Origin: Desulfocapsa sulfexigens DSM 10523
GTDB lineage: Bacteria; Desulfobacterota; Desulfobulbia; Desulfobulbales; Desulfocapsaceae
Assembly: GCF_000341395.1 (NCBI RefSeq)
Contig: NC_020304.1
Location: 60,001-92,000, forward strand
Direction: 5' to 3'
DNA length: 32,000 nucleotides
Shown here: positions 20,001 to 31,050 of the stretch, one piece after another
Numbering within the stretch: position 1 is the stretch's first letter
Layout of the letters: every line of letters begins with the position of its first letter
Notes under the pieces: generated by a model
Told to the model about the DNA's origin: nothing
What the model saw: the letters and a program-made list of their open reading frames with translations, nothing else
The model's database searches: none
Made by a program: the position numbers and the translations under genes

Positions 20001-20185
20001 TCATCGTCAGCATCAATGGACAGCCTGCAAAAAATATGGAGGATATAGGGATTCTGATGATGGATTCAATGACAGGTGAGACTGTTAAACTCATTATTCA
20101 GAGGAAAAATGAGAAAGATGAAGCAGAGGAAAAGGAGATACGTGTCGAACTTTCCGATCTGACAAAACCCCCAAATCATCCATAG
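17078..20185 (+). CDS. Exported M1-family metallopeptidase-like + ChaN-like + PDZ fusion
   Basis: 1035 aa. Signal-peptide-like N-terminus ending SSCFAKA; GHEILHSWFGNSIEVAEGSGNWCEGLTTYLADF (HExxH plus distal E); KRVIYIGETHDSMADHLLQLRVIQGL...AIAMEMFPTSSQPALDKYL...VVIAGSQHTRKDSGIPPRVAR (ChaN-like); C-terminal PDZ-like GLRENDIIVSINGQPAKNMEDIG. Confidence 0.88.
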   Translation: MSMEKDVIRVLQIRHPFLIILEIIFLSLLYTSSCFAKASSYHLEVSFIPEQRLLHGKATISISSGKEWQLYTGGLSIEKIILEEDGKKSFPLPLPKKDHITMYASESDLKITVIYSMQVSEDAQLNLISPHGIVLTSNWHPLPQEDMLFSLQATLPLGFQGISESDILPEQTTDGIMRSSFSQPVRAIHLAAGPYLIEKETIREGLSLSTWFFQEDQELSREYLDAAKKYILRYEQELGPFPYNHYAVVSNRLPSGFGMPTFTLLGQMVLRLPFIKATSLGHEILHSWFGNSIEVAEGSGNWCEGLTTYLADFSYAIDRGEGISHRKASIVNYQSYVHQETATPLMDFGSASHNQPMAKAKRAVGYNRSAMLFHQLREILGAEHFIQGLRLFAESFKGRSASWQDIQKLFEQEAGKDLTDFFNQQLTRKDAPSLEITDIHSSSRQDTFTLHFSISQNSEQPYTLRVPIQVTTPGGTQRFIQEITEKKTAVSIDLEEAPLSFVIDPEYDLFRTLEPSEFPPVWSRFMGSGNRLIITGDDSSLAAYAPFIQWAEQQGWKIVDHKSVTNQQLSENSILFLGTENTAHDSLFGKAPVMAAGFHLSVHNNPLNEKEVSVLVQSSNGEETAAALHRLRHYGKYSSLAFHNGRIQDKKITASDDGIKHLLETLPEGGSTGAIKSFDQIITELAEKRVIYIGETHDSMADHLLQLRVIQGLHTKGLDLAIAMEMFPTSSQPALDKYLLKQSDAMGEAEFLRQSKWFDVWRYDWRLFRPIFNFCRKQSIPVYGINIDRKIVSTVFSDGNTDALSPEQLKTIAAKRDLAIEGYVERLRLVHGFHAESPHGKEKGISGFVQSQAIWDESMAANIAEILHSNPKKTVVVIAGSQHTRKDSGIPPRVARRMDVTQSSVLSLNADRSATDPAIQADYFFLTDPLFLEPKGKIGVILDPKKDEKGTEYLRISGLSHAGKAKEAGLRENDIIVSINGQPAKNMEDIGILMMDSMTGETVKLIIQRKNEKDEAEEKEIRVELSDLTKPPNHP

Positions 20186-20224
20186 TCTCTAGCTAAAAAC
20201 GAAAACTCCGGAAAGGAACTAAAA

Positions 20225-20413
20225 TCACTCTTCTCTGTCCAGCTTCTCCATTAGCTCCTGCTGAAAGTCCTCATCACCCATTATTTTATTGGCAATGATC
20301 TTACAGAGAGCTCCGGTTACACTGTCATGATCCCCGGAGGCAACATTAACGGAGATCTCACCGTTCTCATCCGACTCCAGAATGAGAGCGGATTGATTTT
20401 CTTCAAGTTCCAT
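20225..20413 (-). CDS. Small acidic hypothetical protein (62 aa)
   Basis: Intact ORF MELEENQSALILESDENGEISVNVASGDHDSVTGALCKIIANKIMGDEDFQQELMEKLDREE, same strand as and 60 nt downstream of yaaA; not antisense to another gene. Confidence 0.5.
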   Translation of the reverse strand: MELEENQSALILESDENGEISVNVASGDHDSVTGALCKIIANKIMGDEDFQQELMEKLDREE

Positions 20414-20473
20414 TGTACCTGCTCCAAATTTTCAATTTTCTATTACGTTATAAAAAAAAAGAGACTCACCCTA

Positions 20474-21235
20474 TTATCTAGTAAAAACATACTTTTCCTC
20501 ACTGGAAAGATCCGAACGGAAGATGTACTCCTCCTGTTCAAAGTTTTTCAGTTCAGCAACACTCTGCACCCTGTTTCTCACAGCAAAGTCAACCATCATT
20601 CCACGAGCCCGTTTTGCGTGAATTGCTACGACTCGGTAGCTGTCCCCCTTGCGCTCCTTAAAATCAATCTGCTGTATGCTACCGCGTAAGTTCTTCTTTT
20701 TTATCACCCGACTGTATTCAGATGATGCCAGATTAACAAGAACAGGTTCTTTATGATCAGCAAGAACACTATTGACCTCGTCTGTGATTTTCTCTCCCCA
20801 AAATTCATAGAGATTTCCTCCCCGGTTATTCTCAAGACGACACCCCATTTCCAAACGATACGGCTGCATCAGATCCAGTGGTCTTAAAATACCATACAGA
20901 CCGGAAAGAATACGAAGGTGATTCTGCATATAGTCAAGATTCTCTCTCCCATAGTCCTCCAAAGCTATCCTTGAATACACATCTCCCTGAAAAACAGTTA
21001 TCGCAGGACGAGCATTCAGGGAAGTAAAGGGCATTTCAAAGGCATTGATTCGCTGCTGCGTCTGCAATGCTAACTGCTCACTCATTTTCATTAACTTGCC
21101 AAGTTCATCGAGTGACAGTTTTCGCAGTTCCTCTATCAGCAGTTCACTCTCCTGAAGCAGTGCAGGTTGACTCCCTTCTCTGCCAGGGGAGTTGTTAAAA
21201 TCCTGCGTTTTTGACGGGGCTATGATCAGTAACAT
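20474..21235 (-). CDS. yaaA: YaaA/UPF0246 family peroxide-stress protein
   Basis: MLLIIAPSKTQDF...FQGDVYSRIALEDYGRENLDYMQNHLRILSGLYGILRPLDLMQPYRLEMGCRL...NLASSEYSRVI. Confidence 0.93.
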   Translation of the reverse strand: MLLIIAPSKTQDFNNSPGREGSQPALLQESELLIEELRKLSLDELGKLMKMSEQLALQTQQRINAFEMPFTSLNARPAITVFQGDVYSRIALEDYGRENLDYMQNHLRILSGLYGILRPLDLMQPYRLEMGCRLENNRGGNLYEFWGEKITDEVNSVLADHKEPVLVNLASSEYSRVIKKKNLRGSIQQIDFKERKGDSYRVVAIHAKRARGMMVDFAVRNRVQSVAELKNFEQEEYIFRSDLSSEEKYVFTR

Positions 21236-21342
21236 AATGAATAGTAATTCAAGTATGGTATATTTTGAAGTTGGGCATCAGTAACAAATGGCTCTCAACA
21301 GATGGCGTAATAACAACTTTACTCCTATCCTGTACCATCTCT

Positions 21343-22143
21343 TCAGTTCGCTTTCCAGATCGCATTAACCATCTGTAATGCGTGGCAAGTGGCAGTCACG
21401 TTGTGAACCCTTATAATATCGACACCAGAAGAGCAGGCTAGTGCAGAGACCACAGCCGTTGGCAGATCCCGGTTCTCCACATCAAGGCCGGTAATATCAC
21501 CAATAAATCGCTTCCTGGAGTGGCCAAGAAGAAGTGGACAGCCAAGTTCTTTAAACTCAGCAAGGTGTTTAAGAATTGAAAGATTGTGATCAAGCGATTT
21601 CCCAAAACCGATACCGGGATCTAGAGTGATACGCCTGAGATCAACTCCATTTTCTCTTAGCCAGGCAAGCCGTTCCCCGAAAAACACTTTAATATCGTTG
21701 ATCACATTCTCATAATGAGGTTTCACCTGCATATCTCCGGGTGTTCCCTGCATATGCATTATAATGACGGGAACGGATGTCTCCTGAACCAGCGCCAGCA
21801 TTTTTGGGTCTTTTCTGAGTGCCGAAATGTCATTAATGATATCTGCACCCACGGCAAGAGCCTGACGGGCTACTTCGGCCTTAGTGGTGTCAATGGAGAT
21901 TGGAATGGAATATCTGCCACGGATGGAGCGGATAGCTGGAATAACACGAGCAAGCTCCTCCTCTTCTGTAACCGGTTCAGCAAAAGGGCGTGTTGATTCT
22001 CCACCCACATCAATGATATCCACACCGGAAGCAAGAAAGGCCTCTACCTGAGAACAGGCAGAGGCCACAGAATCAAACTGACCGCCATCGGAAAAAGAAT
22101 CGGGTGTCACATTCAGGATACCCATTATTTTCGGCAGGATCAT
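21343..22143 (-). CDS. folP: Dihydropteroate synthase
   Basis: MGILNVTPDSFSDGGQF, DIIDVGGESTRPFAEPV, PISIDTTKAEVARQAL, ADIINDISAL, IILDPGIGFGKSLDHN, PLLLGHSRKRFIG. Confidence 0.96.
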   Translation of the reverse strand: MILPKIMGILNVTPDSFSDGGQFDSVASACSQVEAFLASGVDIIDVGGESTRPFAEPVTEEEELARVIPAIRSIRGRYSIPISIDTTKAEVARQALAVGADIINDISALRKDPKMLALVQETSVPVIIMHMQGTPGDMQVKPHYENVINDIKVFFGERLAWLRENGVDLRRITLDPGIGFGKSLDHNLSILKHLAEFKELGCPLLLGHSRKRFIGDITGLDVENRDLPTAVVSALACSSGVDIIRVHNVTATCHALQMVNAIWKAN

Positions 22144-22145
22144 GT

Positions 22146-24155
22146 TTACTCCTTTGTTTTGTCTTCAGTGGCTGCAGCACCCTCCTCAGGCTCTTCTAAA
22201 TTCTCTGTTACAACACCTTCAGATTCTTGTTCTTCTTCACTTTCCGGAACAATTCCATCCGCTGATTCTTCGTCAACAGGAGATTCAGTAGCTTTTGAGG
22301 ATTCTTTTTTACTTACTTTTGGCTCAGATTCCTTTACGGTTCGTTCGTACTGACCGGGACGAAGCTCGTCGAGAATATCTTCGATATCCTCAAGCATAAT
22401 GGTTTCCTCCTCAAGCAGTTCTTCTGCCACCCGTTTCAAGATATCCATATTTTCAGTAAGCAACGCAACTACTTTCTCATTGGCCGCTCGTATTATCTGC
22501 TGCACCTCAAAATCTATCTTTCTCGCCGTGTCTTCACTAAAATCACGATGCTGACTGATCTCACGGCCCAGAAAAATCTGCTCTTCTTTCTTGCCATAAG
22601 CAAGGGGACCAAGTTCCTCACTCATTCCCCACTCACAGACCATCTTCCGGGCCATATTCGAAGCCCTCTCAATGTCATTTCCAGCCCCTGTTGTGATCTC
22701 ATTGAAGACAAGTTTTTCTGCAACACGACCACCAAAAAGAATACAGAGAGTGTTCTCCAGAAACTTTTTGGAATGGGTATAACGTTCATCGGTGGGCAGC
22801 TGCATGGTAACACCGAGTGCTCTGCCACGAGGTATAATCGATACCTTATGAATAGGATCGGTATCAGGAAGCAGTCGTGCAACTATGGCATGTCCTGCCT
22901 CATGGTAAGCTGTAACCTCTTTTTCACTCTCAGTGATAATCATGGAACGGCGCTCAGCACCCATCATAATTTTATCTTTGGCACGATCGATCATTTCTTT
23001 ATCAATCTTTTTGGCGCCGGAACGGGCTGCCATAAGAGCAGCTTCATTCACAAGATTTTCGAGATCTGCCCCTGAAAATCCCGGGGTTCCACGAGCTACG
23101 ATCTCCATATCCACATCGGCTTTCATTTTGGTTTTTTTTGCATAGATCTCCAAAATCCTCTGACGGCCCAGGACATCGGGAACAGGTACAATAACTTGCC
23201 GGTCAAAACGTCCGGGGCGAAGAAGGGCAGGGTCAAGAACATCAGGCCTGTTCGTGGCTGCGACGATAATAACACCTTCGTTTGCCTCGAAACCATCCAT
23301 TTCGACAAGGAGCTGGTTCAGTGTCTGTTCACGTTCATCATGACCGCCACCAAGACCGGCCCCACGATGACGTCCCACGGCATCAATCTCATCAATAAAG
23401 ATAATACACGGAGCATTTTTCTTACCCTGAACAAAGAGGTCACGGACACGGGAGGCACCGACCCCCACAAACATCTCCACAAAATCAGACCCGGAGATGG
23501 TGAAAAAGGGCACATCCGCCTCTCCTGCAATAGCTTTTGCAAGAAGAGTCTTCCCGGTACCTGGAGAACCAGCAAGCAAAACACCCTTTGGAATACGTGC
23601 ACCAAGCTTGGTAAATCTTCCTGGATCTTTCAAAAAATCAATTATCTCCTCAAGCTCTTCCTTGGCCTCATCAATGCCAGCCACATCTTCAAAAGTAACC
23701 TTGTGGTCACCCCTTTCAAGAAGTTTTGCTTTAGTTTTACCAAAGGAGAGGGCGCCCCCCTTACCACCACCCATCTGCATCTGGCGCATAAAAAAGATCC
23801 AGACACCAATAAGAAGCAACATGGGAAACCATGAGATAAAGAGAGTCATAAGCCATGAATCCTTCTGAACCTCTTTGACAGAAATATCCGCACCATTCTT
23901 ACGCAAAATGGAAATCATCTCATTGTCATTGACCGGATACACTGCACGAAAGGCCTTACCATCAGTCATCCTTCCTGAAACAATATCACCTGCTATCTGT
24001 ACCTGGGAAATTTCGCGACTCTCTACAGCTGCCACAAACTGGCTGTAGGTCAGCGACGTCATTTGTCCCTGAGGCTTATTAAACATATTAAATAGCAGGA
24101 TCATGGTCAGACCAATAACCAGCCACATGGAAAGATTTTTATAAAAAGTATTCAA
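22146..24155 (-). CDS. ftsH: ATP-dependent zinc metalloprotease FtsH
   Basis: [148 protein letters not shown]. Confidence 0.98.
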   Translation of the reverse strand: MNTFYKNLSMWLVIGLTMILLFNMFNKPQGQMTSLTYSQFVAAVESREISQVQIAGDIVSGRMTDGKAFRAVYPVNDNEMISILRKNGADISVKEVQKDSWLMTLFISWFPMLLLIGVWIFFMRQMQMGGGKGGALSFGKTKAKLLERGDHKVTFEDVAGIDEAKEELEEIIDFLKDPGRFTKLGARIPKGVLLAGSPGTGKTLLAKAIAGEADVPFFTISGSDFVEMFVGVGASRVRDLFVQGKKNAPCIIFIDEIDAVGRHRGAGLGGGHDEREQTLNQLLVEMDGFEANEGVIIVAATNRPDVLDPALLRPGRFDRQVIVPVPDVLGRQRILEIYAKKTKMKADVDMEIVARGTPGFSGADLENLVNEAALMAARSGAKKIDKEMIDRAKDKIMMGAERRSMIITESEKEVTAYHEAGHAIVARLLPDTDPIHKVSIIPRGRALGVTMQLPTDERYTHSKKFLENTLCILFGGRVAEKLVFNEITTGAGNDIERASNMARKMVCEWGMSEELGPLAYGKKEEQIFLGREISQHRDFSEDTARKIDFEVQQIIRAANEKVVALLTENMDILKRVAEELLEEETIMLEDIEDILDELRPGQYERTVKESEPKVSKKESSKATESPVDEESADGIVPESEEEQESEGVVTENLEEPEEGAAATEDKTKE

Positions 24156-24324
24156 CGATTCCTCCGCAACTCCGGATTTTAAAAGGGGTGATGCAACCAG
24201 CGCATCAAAAATTTAAGTAGCAGTCTCTAACAGTAAGGGCGGTAAAGCACTCTGTCGAGGGCAAGTGTATCTTTTTGTCAAAATAATAACAATTATCACA
24301 GACCATCTGATCAGTATATGCACC

Positions 24325-27300
24325 CTACAATACAGCTTTTATCTTTCGGGTAAAATACTGTACAGGCTGTACTCCAATTTCTTTTTCACGCATGGCCTTC
24401 ATTGCCATTACTACTGCAACCGCACCTGTTGCGGTTGTGGTGTAGGGGATGTGAAGTTCGAGGGCAGCACGACGAATGGTATAGGAGTCTTCAGTGGTTC
24501 GTTTTCCCATTGAAGTGTTGACCACCCAGGATACCTGATTATCCTGCATTTTATCGAGAATATGCGGTCGTCCCTGCGAGATTTTATTCACCTGTCTACA
24601 GGCGATATCATGTGACTGAAGAAACTCTGCCGTTCCATCGGTGGCAACAATTTCAAAATCCATCTCCACAAGTGTTCTGGCAGGTCCAAGAATAGTCTCC
24701 TTATCACCATCGCGTACACTTATAAAAACGGTCCCGGAGGTTGGCAGTCTTGATCCTGCAGCCAGCTGGCCCTTGGCAAGTGCCAGCCCAAGGTCATCGT
24801 CAATTCCCATAACCTCGCCGGTTGACTTCATTTCTGGGCCGAGCAGGGTATCCACATTGTCAAAACGGTCAAAAGGAAAAACAGCCTCCTTGACAGCCCA
24901 GTGGTCGATCACCACCTCTCGGGTCAAGCCAAGCTCCTTAAGTGTTTTGCCCATCATGATCTTGGTAGCCACTTTGGCAAGAGGAACACCCGTCGCCTTT
25001 GAAACAAAGGGAACTGTTCTTGACGCCCGTGGATTCACTTCAAGGATATAGAGATCATCACCCTTCACAGCATACTGCACATTCATAAGGCCAATAACAC
25101 CCAACTCAAGTGCCATGGCACGACTTGCCTCTTTTATCTCTGCAATCATTTCAGCAGACAGGGTGTGTGGCGGTAACACACAGGCAGAATCGCCGGAATG
25201 GATACCCGCCTCCTCGATATGCTGCATGATTCCACCAATGATAGTATCTTCACCATCACAGAGAGCATCCACATCCACTTCGATAGCATCTTTCAGGAAC
25301 TTATCAATCAGCACTGGATGATCCGATCCTGCAATACCTGGAATGGCCATAAAAGAACGAATCTCTTCGTCATTATAGACAATACGCATATCTCGCCCGC
25401 CAAGAACATAGGAGGGACGGACAACAACCGGGTATTCAATTTTGTTTGCAACGGCAAGTGCCTCATCCACTGTGAAAACCGTATCGTTATCCGGTTGACG
25501 CAATCCCAGTTTTTGCAAAAACTGCTGAAAACGTTTCCTGTCCTCTGCCCTATCGATAGAGTCAGGAGGTGTTCCAACAATGGTTACTCCTTGCTCCTCA
25601 AGGGCTACGGCAAGATTCAAGGGCGTCTGACCACCAAACTGAACGATAACACCATCAGGCTTTTCAAGGTCAATGATGTTCAGGACATCTTCAAGGGTCA
25701 GCGGCTCAAAATAGAGTTTATCCGAAGTATCGTAGTCCGTGGAAACGGTTTCTGGATTGGAGTTTATCATAATCGACTCCACTCCAATCTCTGCGAGGGC
25801 GAAGGAAGCATGAACACAGCAGTAATCAAATTCAATCCCCTGACCTATCCGGTTCGGACCGCCACCAAGAATAACGATCTTCTTCCTGTCCGTGACAGCA
25901 GAAGCTTCATTTTCCTGCTCATAGGTAGAGTAATAATAGGGGGTGTATGATTCAAATTCAGCAGCACAGGTATCAACCAGTTTATACACCGGTTCTATCT
26001 CGAGAGTTTTTCTGAGTTCCCGGACATCTCCGTTTGATGTGCCAGTGAGAAAGGCAAGCTGGTGATCGGAGAAACCATACTCCTTGCAGCTCCTCAAAAA
26101 CTCAGGAGTCAGGCCCTTAAAGCCTTTCTCAAGGATATCATTTTCTTTTACAACTATCTGTTGAAAATTATAGAGAAACCAAGGGTCAATATAAGTCAGT
26201 TCAAAAAGTCTCTCTATGGAAGTACCACGCTTCAACGCCTCATGAATATAGCTGATTCGTTTGGAATTTGGTTTTCTGAGCCCTGCTTCAAGGTCTTCCA
26301 GTTCCAGATGGGTAAGCACTTCCTTCCCATCTCCACCAAAACCAAATCGTCCGGTCTCAAGTGATCGCATTCCCTTCTGGAAGGCTTCCTTAAAGGTACG
26401 CCCTATGGCCATGGTCTCGCCCACGGACTTCATTGCTGTGCTCAGTACATCCTCCGCCTCTGGAAACTTCTCAAAGGTCCAGCGTGGAATTTTCACCACA
26501 CAGTAATCAATAGTGGGCTCGAATGCAGCATAGGTCTCACGGGTTATATCATTTTTCAACTCGTCAAGTGTGTAGCCAACGGCTAGTTTTGCGGCAATTT
26601 TTGCAATGGGAAACCCTGTCGCCTTGGAAGCAAGGGCTGAACTTCTGGAAACACGGGGGTTCATTTCGATAACCATAAGCTCCCCGTCCACAGGATTAAC
26701 GGCAAACTGCACATTCGATCCACCGGTCTCAACACCAATTTCCCGAATAATGGCGATGGAGGCATCCCGCATATTCTGATACTCACGATCAGTCAAGGTC
26801 TGGGCCGGTGCCACGGTGATAGAATCACCGGTATGCACGCCCATGGCATCAATATTTTCAATTGAACAGATAACAACCACATTATCCTTGGAATCACGCA
26901 TCAGCTCAAGTTCATACTCTTTCCAGCCCAAAAGACTCCGCTCAAGCATGATTTCACTGGTCATGGAGAGGTCAAGCCCCGAGGATGCGAGGTCTTTCAG
27001 TTCCTGACGGTTATAGGCAACACCTCCACCAGTACCGCCAAGAGTAAAGCTTGGGCGTACGATGACAGGGAATCCTATATCATCTCCTGCCTGCATTGCA
27101 GCTTCAAGGGTATGAACAATATGAGATTTGGGAACATTCAGACCTATATTCTCCATGGCCTCCTTAAACTCTTCCCTACCTTCAGCTTTTTTGATAACAG
27201 CAATATTGGCTGCAAGCATCTCAACGTTATATTTTTCCAGCGCTCCAAGCTCTGCAACTTTAATGGCTGTATTCAATGCCGTCTGTCCACCAAGTGTCGG

Positions 27301-27561
27301 TAGCAATGCATCAGGTCGTTCCTTTTCTATTACCTTTATCACCATTTCAGGAGTGATTGGCTCGATATAGGTAAAATCAGCGAGCTCCGGATCGGTCATA
27401 ATGGTAGCAGGATTGGAGTTAATAAGGACAACTTCATAGCCCTCTTCCTTCAACGCCTTCACTGCCTGGGCACCTGAATAATCAAATTCACAGGCCTGAC
27501 TGATAATAATCGGACCGGAGCCTATAATAAGGATCTTTTTTATATCTGTTCGTTTTGGCAT
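24325..27561 (-). CDS. carB: Carbamoyl-phosphate synthase large subunit
   Basis: [59 protein letters not shown] and full-length 1078-aa CarB features. Confidence 0.98.
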   Translation of the reverse strand: MPKRTDIKKILIIGSGPIIISQACEFDYSGAQAVKALKEEGYEVVLINSNPATIMTDPELADFTYIEPITPEMVIKVIEKERPDALLPTLGGQTALNTAIKVAELGALEKYNVEMLAANIAVIKKAEGREEFKEAMENIGLNVPKSHIVHTLEAAMQAGDDIGFPVIVRPSFTLGGTGGGVAYNRQELKDLASSGLDLSMTSEIMLERSLLGWKEYELELMRDSKDNVVVICSIENIDAMGVHTGDSITVAPAQTLTDREYQNMRDASIAIIREIGVETGGSNVQFAVNPVDGELMVIEMNPRVSRSSALASKATGFPIAKIAAKLAVGYTLDELKNDITRETYAAFEPTIDYCVVKIPRWTFEKFPEAEDVLSTAMKSVGETMAIGRTFKEAFQKGMRSLETGRFGFGGDGKEVLTHLELEDLEAGLRKPNSKRISYIHEALKRGTSIERLFELTYIDPWFLYNFQQIVVKENDILEKGFKGLTPEFLRSCKEYGFSDHQLAFLTGTSNGDVRELRKTLEIEPVYKLVDTCAAEFESYTPYYYSTYEQENEASAVTDRKKIVILGGGPNRIGQGIEFDYCCVHASFALAEIGVESIMINSNPETVSTDYDTSDKLYFEPLTLEDVLNIIDLEKPDGVIVQFGGQTPLNLAVALEEQGVTIVGTPPDSIDRAEDRKRFQQFLQKLGLRQPDNDTVFTVDEALAVANKIEYPVVVRPSYVLGGRDMRIVYNDEEIRSFMAIPGIAGSDHPVLIDKFLKDAIEVDVDALCDGEDTIIGGIMQHIEEAGIHSGDSACVLPPHTLSAEMIAEIKEASRAMALELGVIGLMNVQYAVKGDDLYILEVNPRASRTVPFVSKATGVPLAKVATKIMMGKTLKELGLTREVVIDHWAVKEAVFPFDRFDNVDTLLGPEMKSTGEVMGIDDDLGLALAKGQLAAGSRLPTSGTVFISVRDGDKETILGPARTLVEMDFEIVATDGTAEFLQSHDIACRQVNKISQGRPHILDKMQDNQVSWVVNTSMGKRTTEDSYTIRRAALELHIPYTTTATGAVAVVMAMKAMREKEIGVQPVQYFTRKIKAVL

Positions 27562-27609
27562 GGGATACGGTATCTTTTTTTTGTTTTACGTTAAATTGCT
27601 ACTGAATGC

Positions 27610-28728
27610 CTATCGCATCATTTCGATAAATCTATCAAAGAGATACAGTGCATCATGCGGACCGGGCGCATGCTCCGGATGGTACTGAACAGAAAACGCC
27701 GGATATTTTCTATGGCGCATCCCCTCTACAGACCCATCATTCAGATTGATATGAGTCAGTTCCACATCATCGGGACTCAAGCTCTCCATATCCACGCAGA
27801 ATCCATGATTTTGGGCGGTAATTTCAACCTTTCCGGTACTGAGATCCTTCACCGGCTGATTTCCTCCACGATGGCCAAATTTGAGTTTGAATGTGGAACC
27901 ACCATAGGCAAGACCTAAAATCTGATGGCCGAGACAAATTCCAAATATCGGTTTTTTCCCCAGAAGAGCACGAACAGTTTCGACCACGCCCGGAACCCCT
28001 TCAGGATCACCGGGACCATTGGACAAAAATATTCCATCCGGATTCATTCCAAGTACGGTTTCCGCATTCGTTGATGCTGGAACGACCTGAACCTGACACC
28101 CCTTCTCTGTGAAGATTCGGGCCTGATTGTATTTCAGACCAAAATCAAAGGCTACAATCTTAAGTGGATTCTCAATACCTGACTGGGCTGTGGTAAAATC
28201 GGTTCCCGGAACCACACTATTATCGGCCCAGCCATAAGGTTCCTTACAGGTCACCCTGCTTACCATATCCTGGCCAACGATTCCAGTCCATTCACGGGCC
28301 CTTGCCACCAGAGACTCCGGATCAAGATCAACGGTTGAAACAATTCCCTTCATGGCTCCCTTTGTTCGGATATGGCGTACCAGTGCCCGGGTATCAAACC
28401 CTTCCACACCAAGAACACCATAATCACCTAAAAACTCAGCGAGTGTCTGTTCCGATCTGAAATTAGAGGGAAAGCCATTATATTCTTTTACGAAAAAGGC
28501 CTTCGGGTGAACCGAGTCAGACTCCATATCCGCCTTATTCACACCATAATTGCCAATAAGAGGATAGGTCATGGTGACAATCTGTCCGGTATAGGACGGA
28601 TCGGTCAGGACCTCCTGATATCCACTCATTGAAGTGTTGAAAACGATTTCACCAATGGCCTCACCGGATCCGGTAAAGGAGCGCCCTTCAAACAGAGTCC
28701 CATCTTCCAGGGCAATCAATGCTTTCAT
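27610..28728 (-). CDS. carA: Carbamoyl-phosphate synthase small subunit
   Basis: [64 protein letters not shown]; GATase motif [19 protein letters not shown]; NHGFCV. Confidence 0.98.
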   Translation of the reverse strand: MKALIALEDGTLFEGRSFTGSGEAIGEIVFNTSMSGYQEVLTDPSYTGQIVTMTYPLIGNYGVNKADMESDSVHPKAFFVKEYNGFPSNFRSEQTLAEFLGDYGVLGVEGFDTRALVRHIRTKGAMKGIVSTVDLDPESLVARAREWTGIVGQDMVSRVTCKEPYGWADNSVVPGTDFTTAQSGIENPLKIVAFDFGLKYNQARIFTEKGCQVQVVPASTNAETVLGMNPDGIFLSNGPGDPEGVPGVVETVRALLGKKPIFGICLGHQILGLAYGGSTFKLKFGHRGGNQPVKDLSTGKVEITAQNHGFCVDMESLSPDDVELTHINLNDGSVEGMRHRKYPAFSVQYHPEHAPGPHDALYLFDRFIEMMR

Positions 28729-29083
28729 ATATTTCCCTTATTCTTTACTTCTTTCAGTAAACGCCCCAATCCTGCCGGAGCGTATGATAAATGAGTGATG
28801 ACTGTGCAGATTGCTTCCCGACACGCACCTGGCACAACAGTACTGCTGGAACCGCGAAAACAGGAAGATACCAAAAAAAAATTACAATATTAAACTCAAG
28901 AATCCGGCTTGAGTCAACAGGAATCGGGAGAAAAAGGGTAAAACCCGATGAACAGGAATACCATTAAATCTTTTTTATGCTTTTTTATGGTTGGAATTTC
29001 CCTTCAATTTGGTATTGATAGACCCGACGAGCATACCCTGCGAGGTTTTTTTATTCCCCTCCCCCTTTCCAGAAGGAGAAATC

Positions 29084-30115
29084 ATGCATAAAATAGGAAC
29101 TTTATTAATCGCAACACTATTGCTACTCTTTACATTAATTGGAGATAACCTGATGGCTGAAAATAAATTAGCGGACGGCATGTATGCCAAATTCGTCACC
29201 AATAAAGGTGAAATCATCTGTGCTCTTGAATACAACAAAACCCCGATCACCGTAGCCAACTTTGTCGGTCTTGCCGAAGGTACTAAAGAACTGGGTGGCG
29301 GAGCAGGAAAAGCAGGTGTTCGTTTTTATGATGGCCTTACCTTTCATCGTGTCATTGGTGATTTCATGATCCAGGGTGGTTGTCCCCTTGGAACCGGCAC
29401 AGGTGGCCCTGGTTATACCTTCCCCGACGAGATTGATCCAACCCTCAAACATTCCAGCCCTGGAATACTGTCAATGGCCAATGCAGGCCCTGGAACCAAT
29501 GGTAGTCAGTTTTTTATCACCCATGTTCCCACCCCGCACCTTGACGGCAAGCACACTGTCTTTGGTCATGTGGTTTCAGGCATGGATGTAGTAAACAAGA
29601 TCCAGAAGGATGACAAAATCGAAACCATCGAAATCATCCGCGTAGGAGCTGACGCAGAGGCATTTAAAAGCGATCAGGCAGCCTTTGATGCACTTCTTGC
29701 CAGCCAGGAAGCGCGAGCAAAAGAAAAAGAACTTGCAGCAATGGAAGAGGCGATGGAACTTATCAACGGCAAGTATCCAGATGCCATCACAACCGCTTCG
29801 GGCCTCAAGTATGTAGTCGTTGCAGAAGGTGAAGGCAACACTCCAGCAGCTGGAGCAATGGTCAAGGTTCACTACACCGGAACATTACTCGACGGCAGCA
29901 AATTCGATTCTTCCGTTGACCGCGGCACCCCTATCGAATTTCCCGTAGGACAGGGACGAGTCATTAAAGGGTGGGATGAGGCTCTTCTCACCATGAAAAA
30001 GGGTGAGAAGCGTGTCCTAATTATTCCTGCAAATCTAGGTTATGGACCATCGGGACGCGGTCCTATTCCACCAAATGCCACCATGATTTTTGATGTGGAG
30101 TTGATTGATTTCTAA
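29084..30115 (+). CDS. Exported dual peptidyl-prolyl isomerase: cyclophilin-type domain fused to FKBP-type domain
   Basis: Signal-like [25 protein letters not shown]; cyclophilin [31 protein letters not shown]...[31 protein letters not shown]; [69 protein letters not shown] 29084 preceded by agaaggagaa; ORF track start (28991) is an upstream TTG. Confidence 0.95.
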   Translation: MHKIGTLLIATLLLLFTLIGDNLMAENKLADGMYAKFVTNKGEIICALEYNKTPITVANFVGLAEGTKELGGGAGKAGVRFYDGLTFHRVIGDFMIQGGCPLGTGTGGPGYTFPDEIDPTLKHSSPGILSMANAGPGTNGSQFFITHVPTPHLDGKHTVFGHVVSGMDVVNKIQKDDKIETIEIIRVGADAEAFKSDQAAFDALLASQEARAKEKELAAMEEAMELINGKYPDAITTASGLKYVVVAEGEGNTPAAGAMVKVHYTGTLLDGSKFDSSVDRGTPIEFPVGQGRVIKGWDEALLTMKKGEKRVLIIPANLGYGPSGRGPIPPNATMIFDVELIDF

Positions 30116-30152
30116 AGAGTGAATCATTCGTTTTTTTTCGTGAAATAAAAGC

Positions 30153-30194
30153 AAAAGGCCTGACTGGATAGTGTTTCCGGCCAGGCCTTTTTTT
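30153..30194 (+). terminator. Intrinsic terminator after the PPIase gene
   Basis: aaaaggcctgactgg ... ccggccaggcctttttttt-like hairpin ending in a run of seven T (30188-30194), 38 nt after the stop. Confidence 0.88.
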
Positions 30195-30305
30195 AGTCTC
30201 ATGTAACAGGATTCACTTCGATATATAGGCGCTGCAGGTCAAGGTTGAAATCTTGCGAAAATACAAAAAAGGGGAAAAGATGAGCAAAACAGAGGGGAGA
30301 AGCTG

Positions 30306-30896
30306 ATGATCAAGGTCAATTGCGGACGATGTTTGCGGCAGCTACTGTGGCGTGGAGTGTTTGCGGTTGCACTGCTGGCGCTACCTTTTCCATTGTGGGC
30401 TGCGGATTGGAGCCCATTGTCTGATACAGGCCAGAATAAATGTTACGATGCACAGGGTGCTGAAATTGTCTGCCCGACAGCCGGACAGCCTTTTCTGGGG
30501 CAAGATGCACAGTATCAGGGAGCAACTTCTGTTTTTCGGGATAATGGCAACCAAACTGTCAGCGATCAGCAGAGTGGTCTGATGTGGATGAAATCCAGCG
30601 ATGATATAGCTCGCAGATGGCAGGATGCTATCACCTACTGCAACGAACGTGTCTTTGCAGGTCATGATGACTGGCGCCTGCCCAGCAAATTCGAACTGGA
30701 GTCCATCGTCAACTATGGTCGATCGTTTCCAGCTGTTAATGAAGTTTTCAGTTGTCCGGGGTCATTTACCTGGTCGAAGACCGTTCACGTGGGCAACCCT
30801 GAGTACGCGTGGAGTGTCTACTGTGACGATGGCGCTGATCATTGGGTTCACAAAACAAACACCTATTCCGTCCGTTGTGTTCGTAACGAACGATGA
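30306..30896 (+). CDS. Exported DUF1566 domain protein
   Basis: Signal-like VFAVALLALPFPLWAADW; CYDAQGAEIVCPTAGQPFLGQDAQYQG; DQQSGLMWMKS...WQDAITYCNERVFAGHDDWRLPSKFELESIVNYGR...YSVRCVR. Confidence 0.85.
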   Translation: MIKVNCGRCLRQLLWRGVFAVALLALPFPLWAADWSPLSDTGQNKCYDAQGAEIVCPTAGQPFLGQDAQYQGATSVFRDNGNQTVSDQQSGLMWMKSSDDIARRWQDAITYCNERVFAGHDDWRLPSKFELESIVNYGRSFPAVNEVFSCPGSFTWSKTVHVGNPEYAWSVYCDDGADHWVHKTNTYSVRCVRNER

Positions 30897-31050
30897 AATT
30901 TGATTTCTTTCATTCTTTTACACTCATTATGGCCTTCCTGCTCAAAGAAGTATACTGGTCGTCTCATCAATTCACCTCATTATCCACAGGACACAAAATA
31001 TGCTACTAAAACAGACCCAACCTGACATTCGGCGTCCCCCCCGACCTTTC

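Noticed and set aside
23196-23834. 212-aa plus-strand ORF opposite ftsH
   Set aside because: Antisense to the conserved FtsH ATPase domain; no motifs.
25198-25950. 250-aa and other plus-strand ORFs opposite carB
   Set aside because: carB is intact and full length on the minus strand; these are antisense by-products.
20474-28728. yaaA-folP-ftsH-carB-carA run as a novel island
   Set aside because: All are standard housekeeping genes; the ftsH-folP adjacency is common in bacteria.
28967-28988. Short direct repeat cttttttatg cttttttatg upstream of the PPIase gene
   Set aside because: Two copies of a low-complexity 10-mer; too short to claim as a functional repeat.
28987-29090. Possible 34-codon ORF ([20 protein letters not shown]...NHA*) overlapping the start of the PPIase gene
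   Set aside because: No motif, no clear ribosome-binding site, and likely chance overlap with the leader region.
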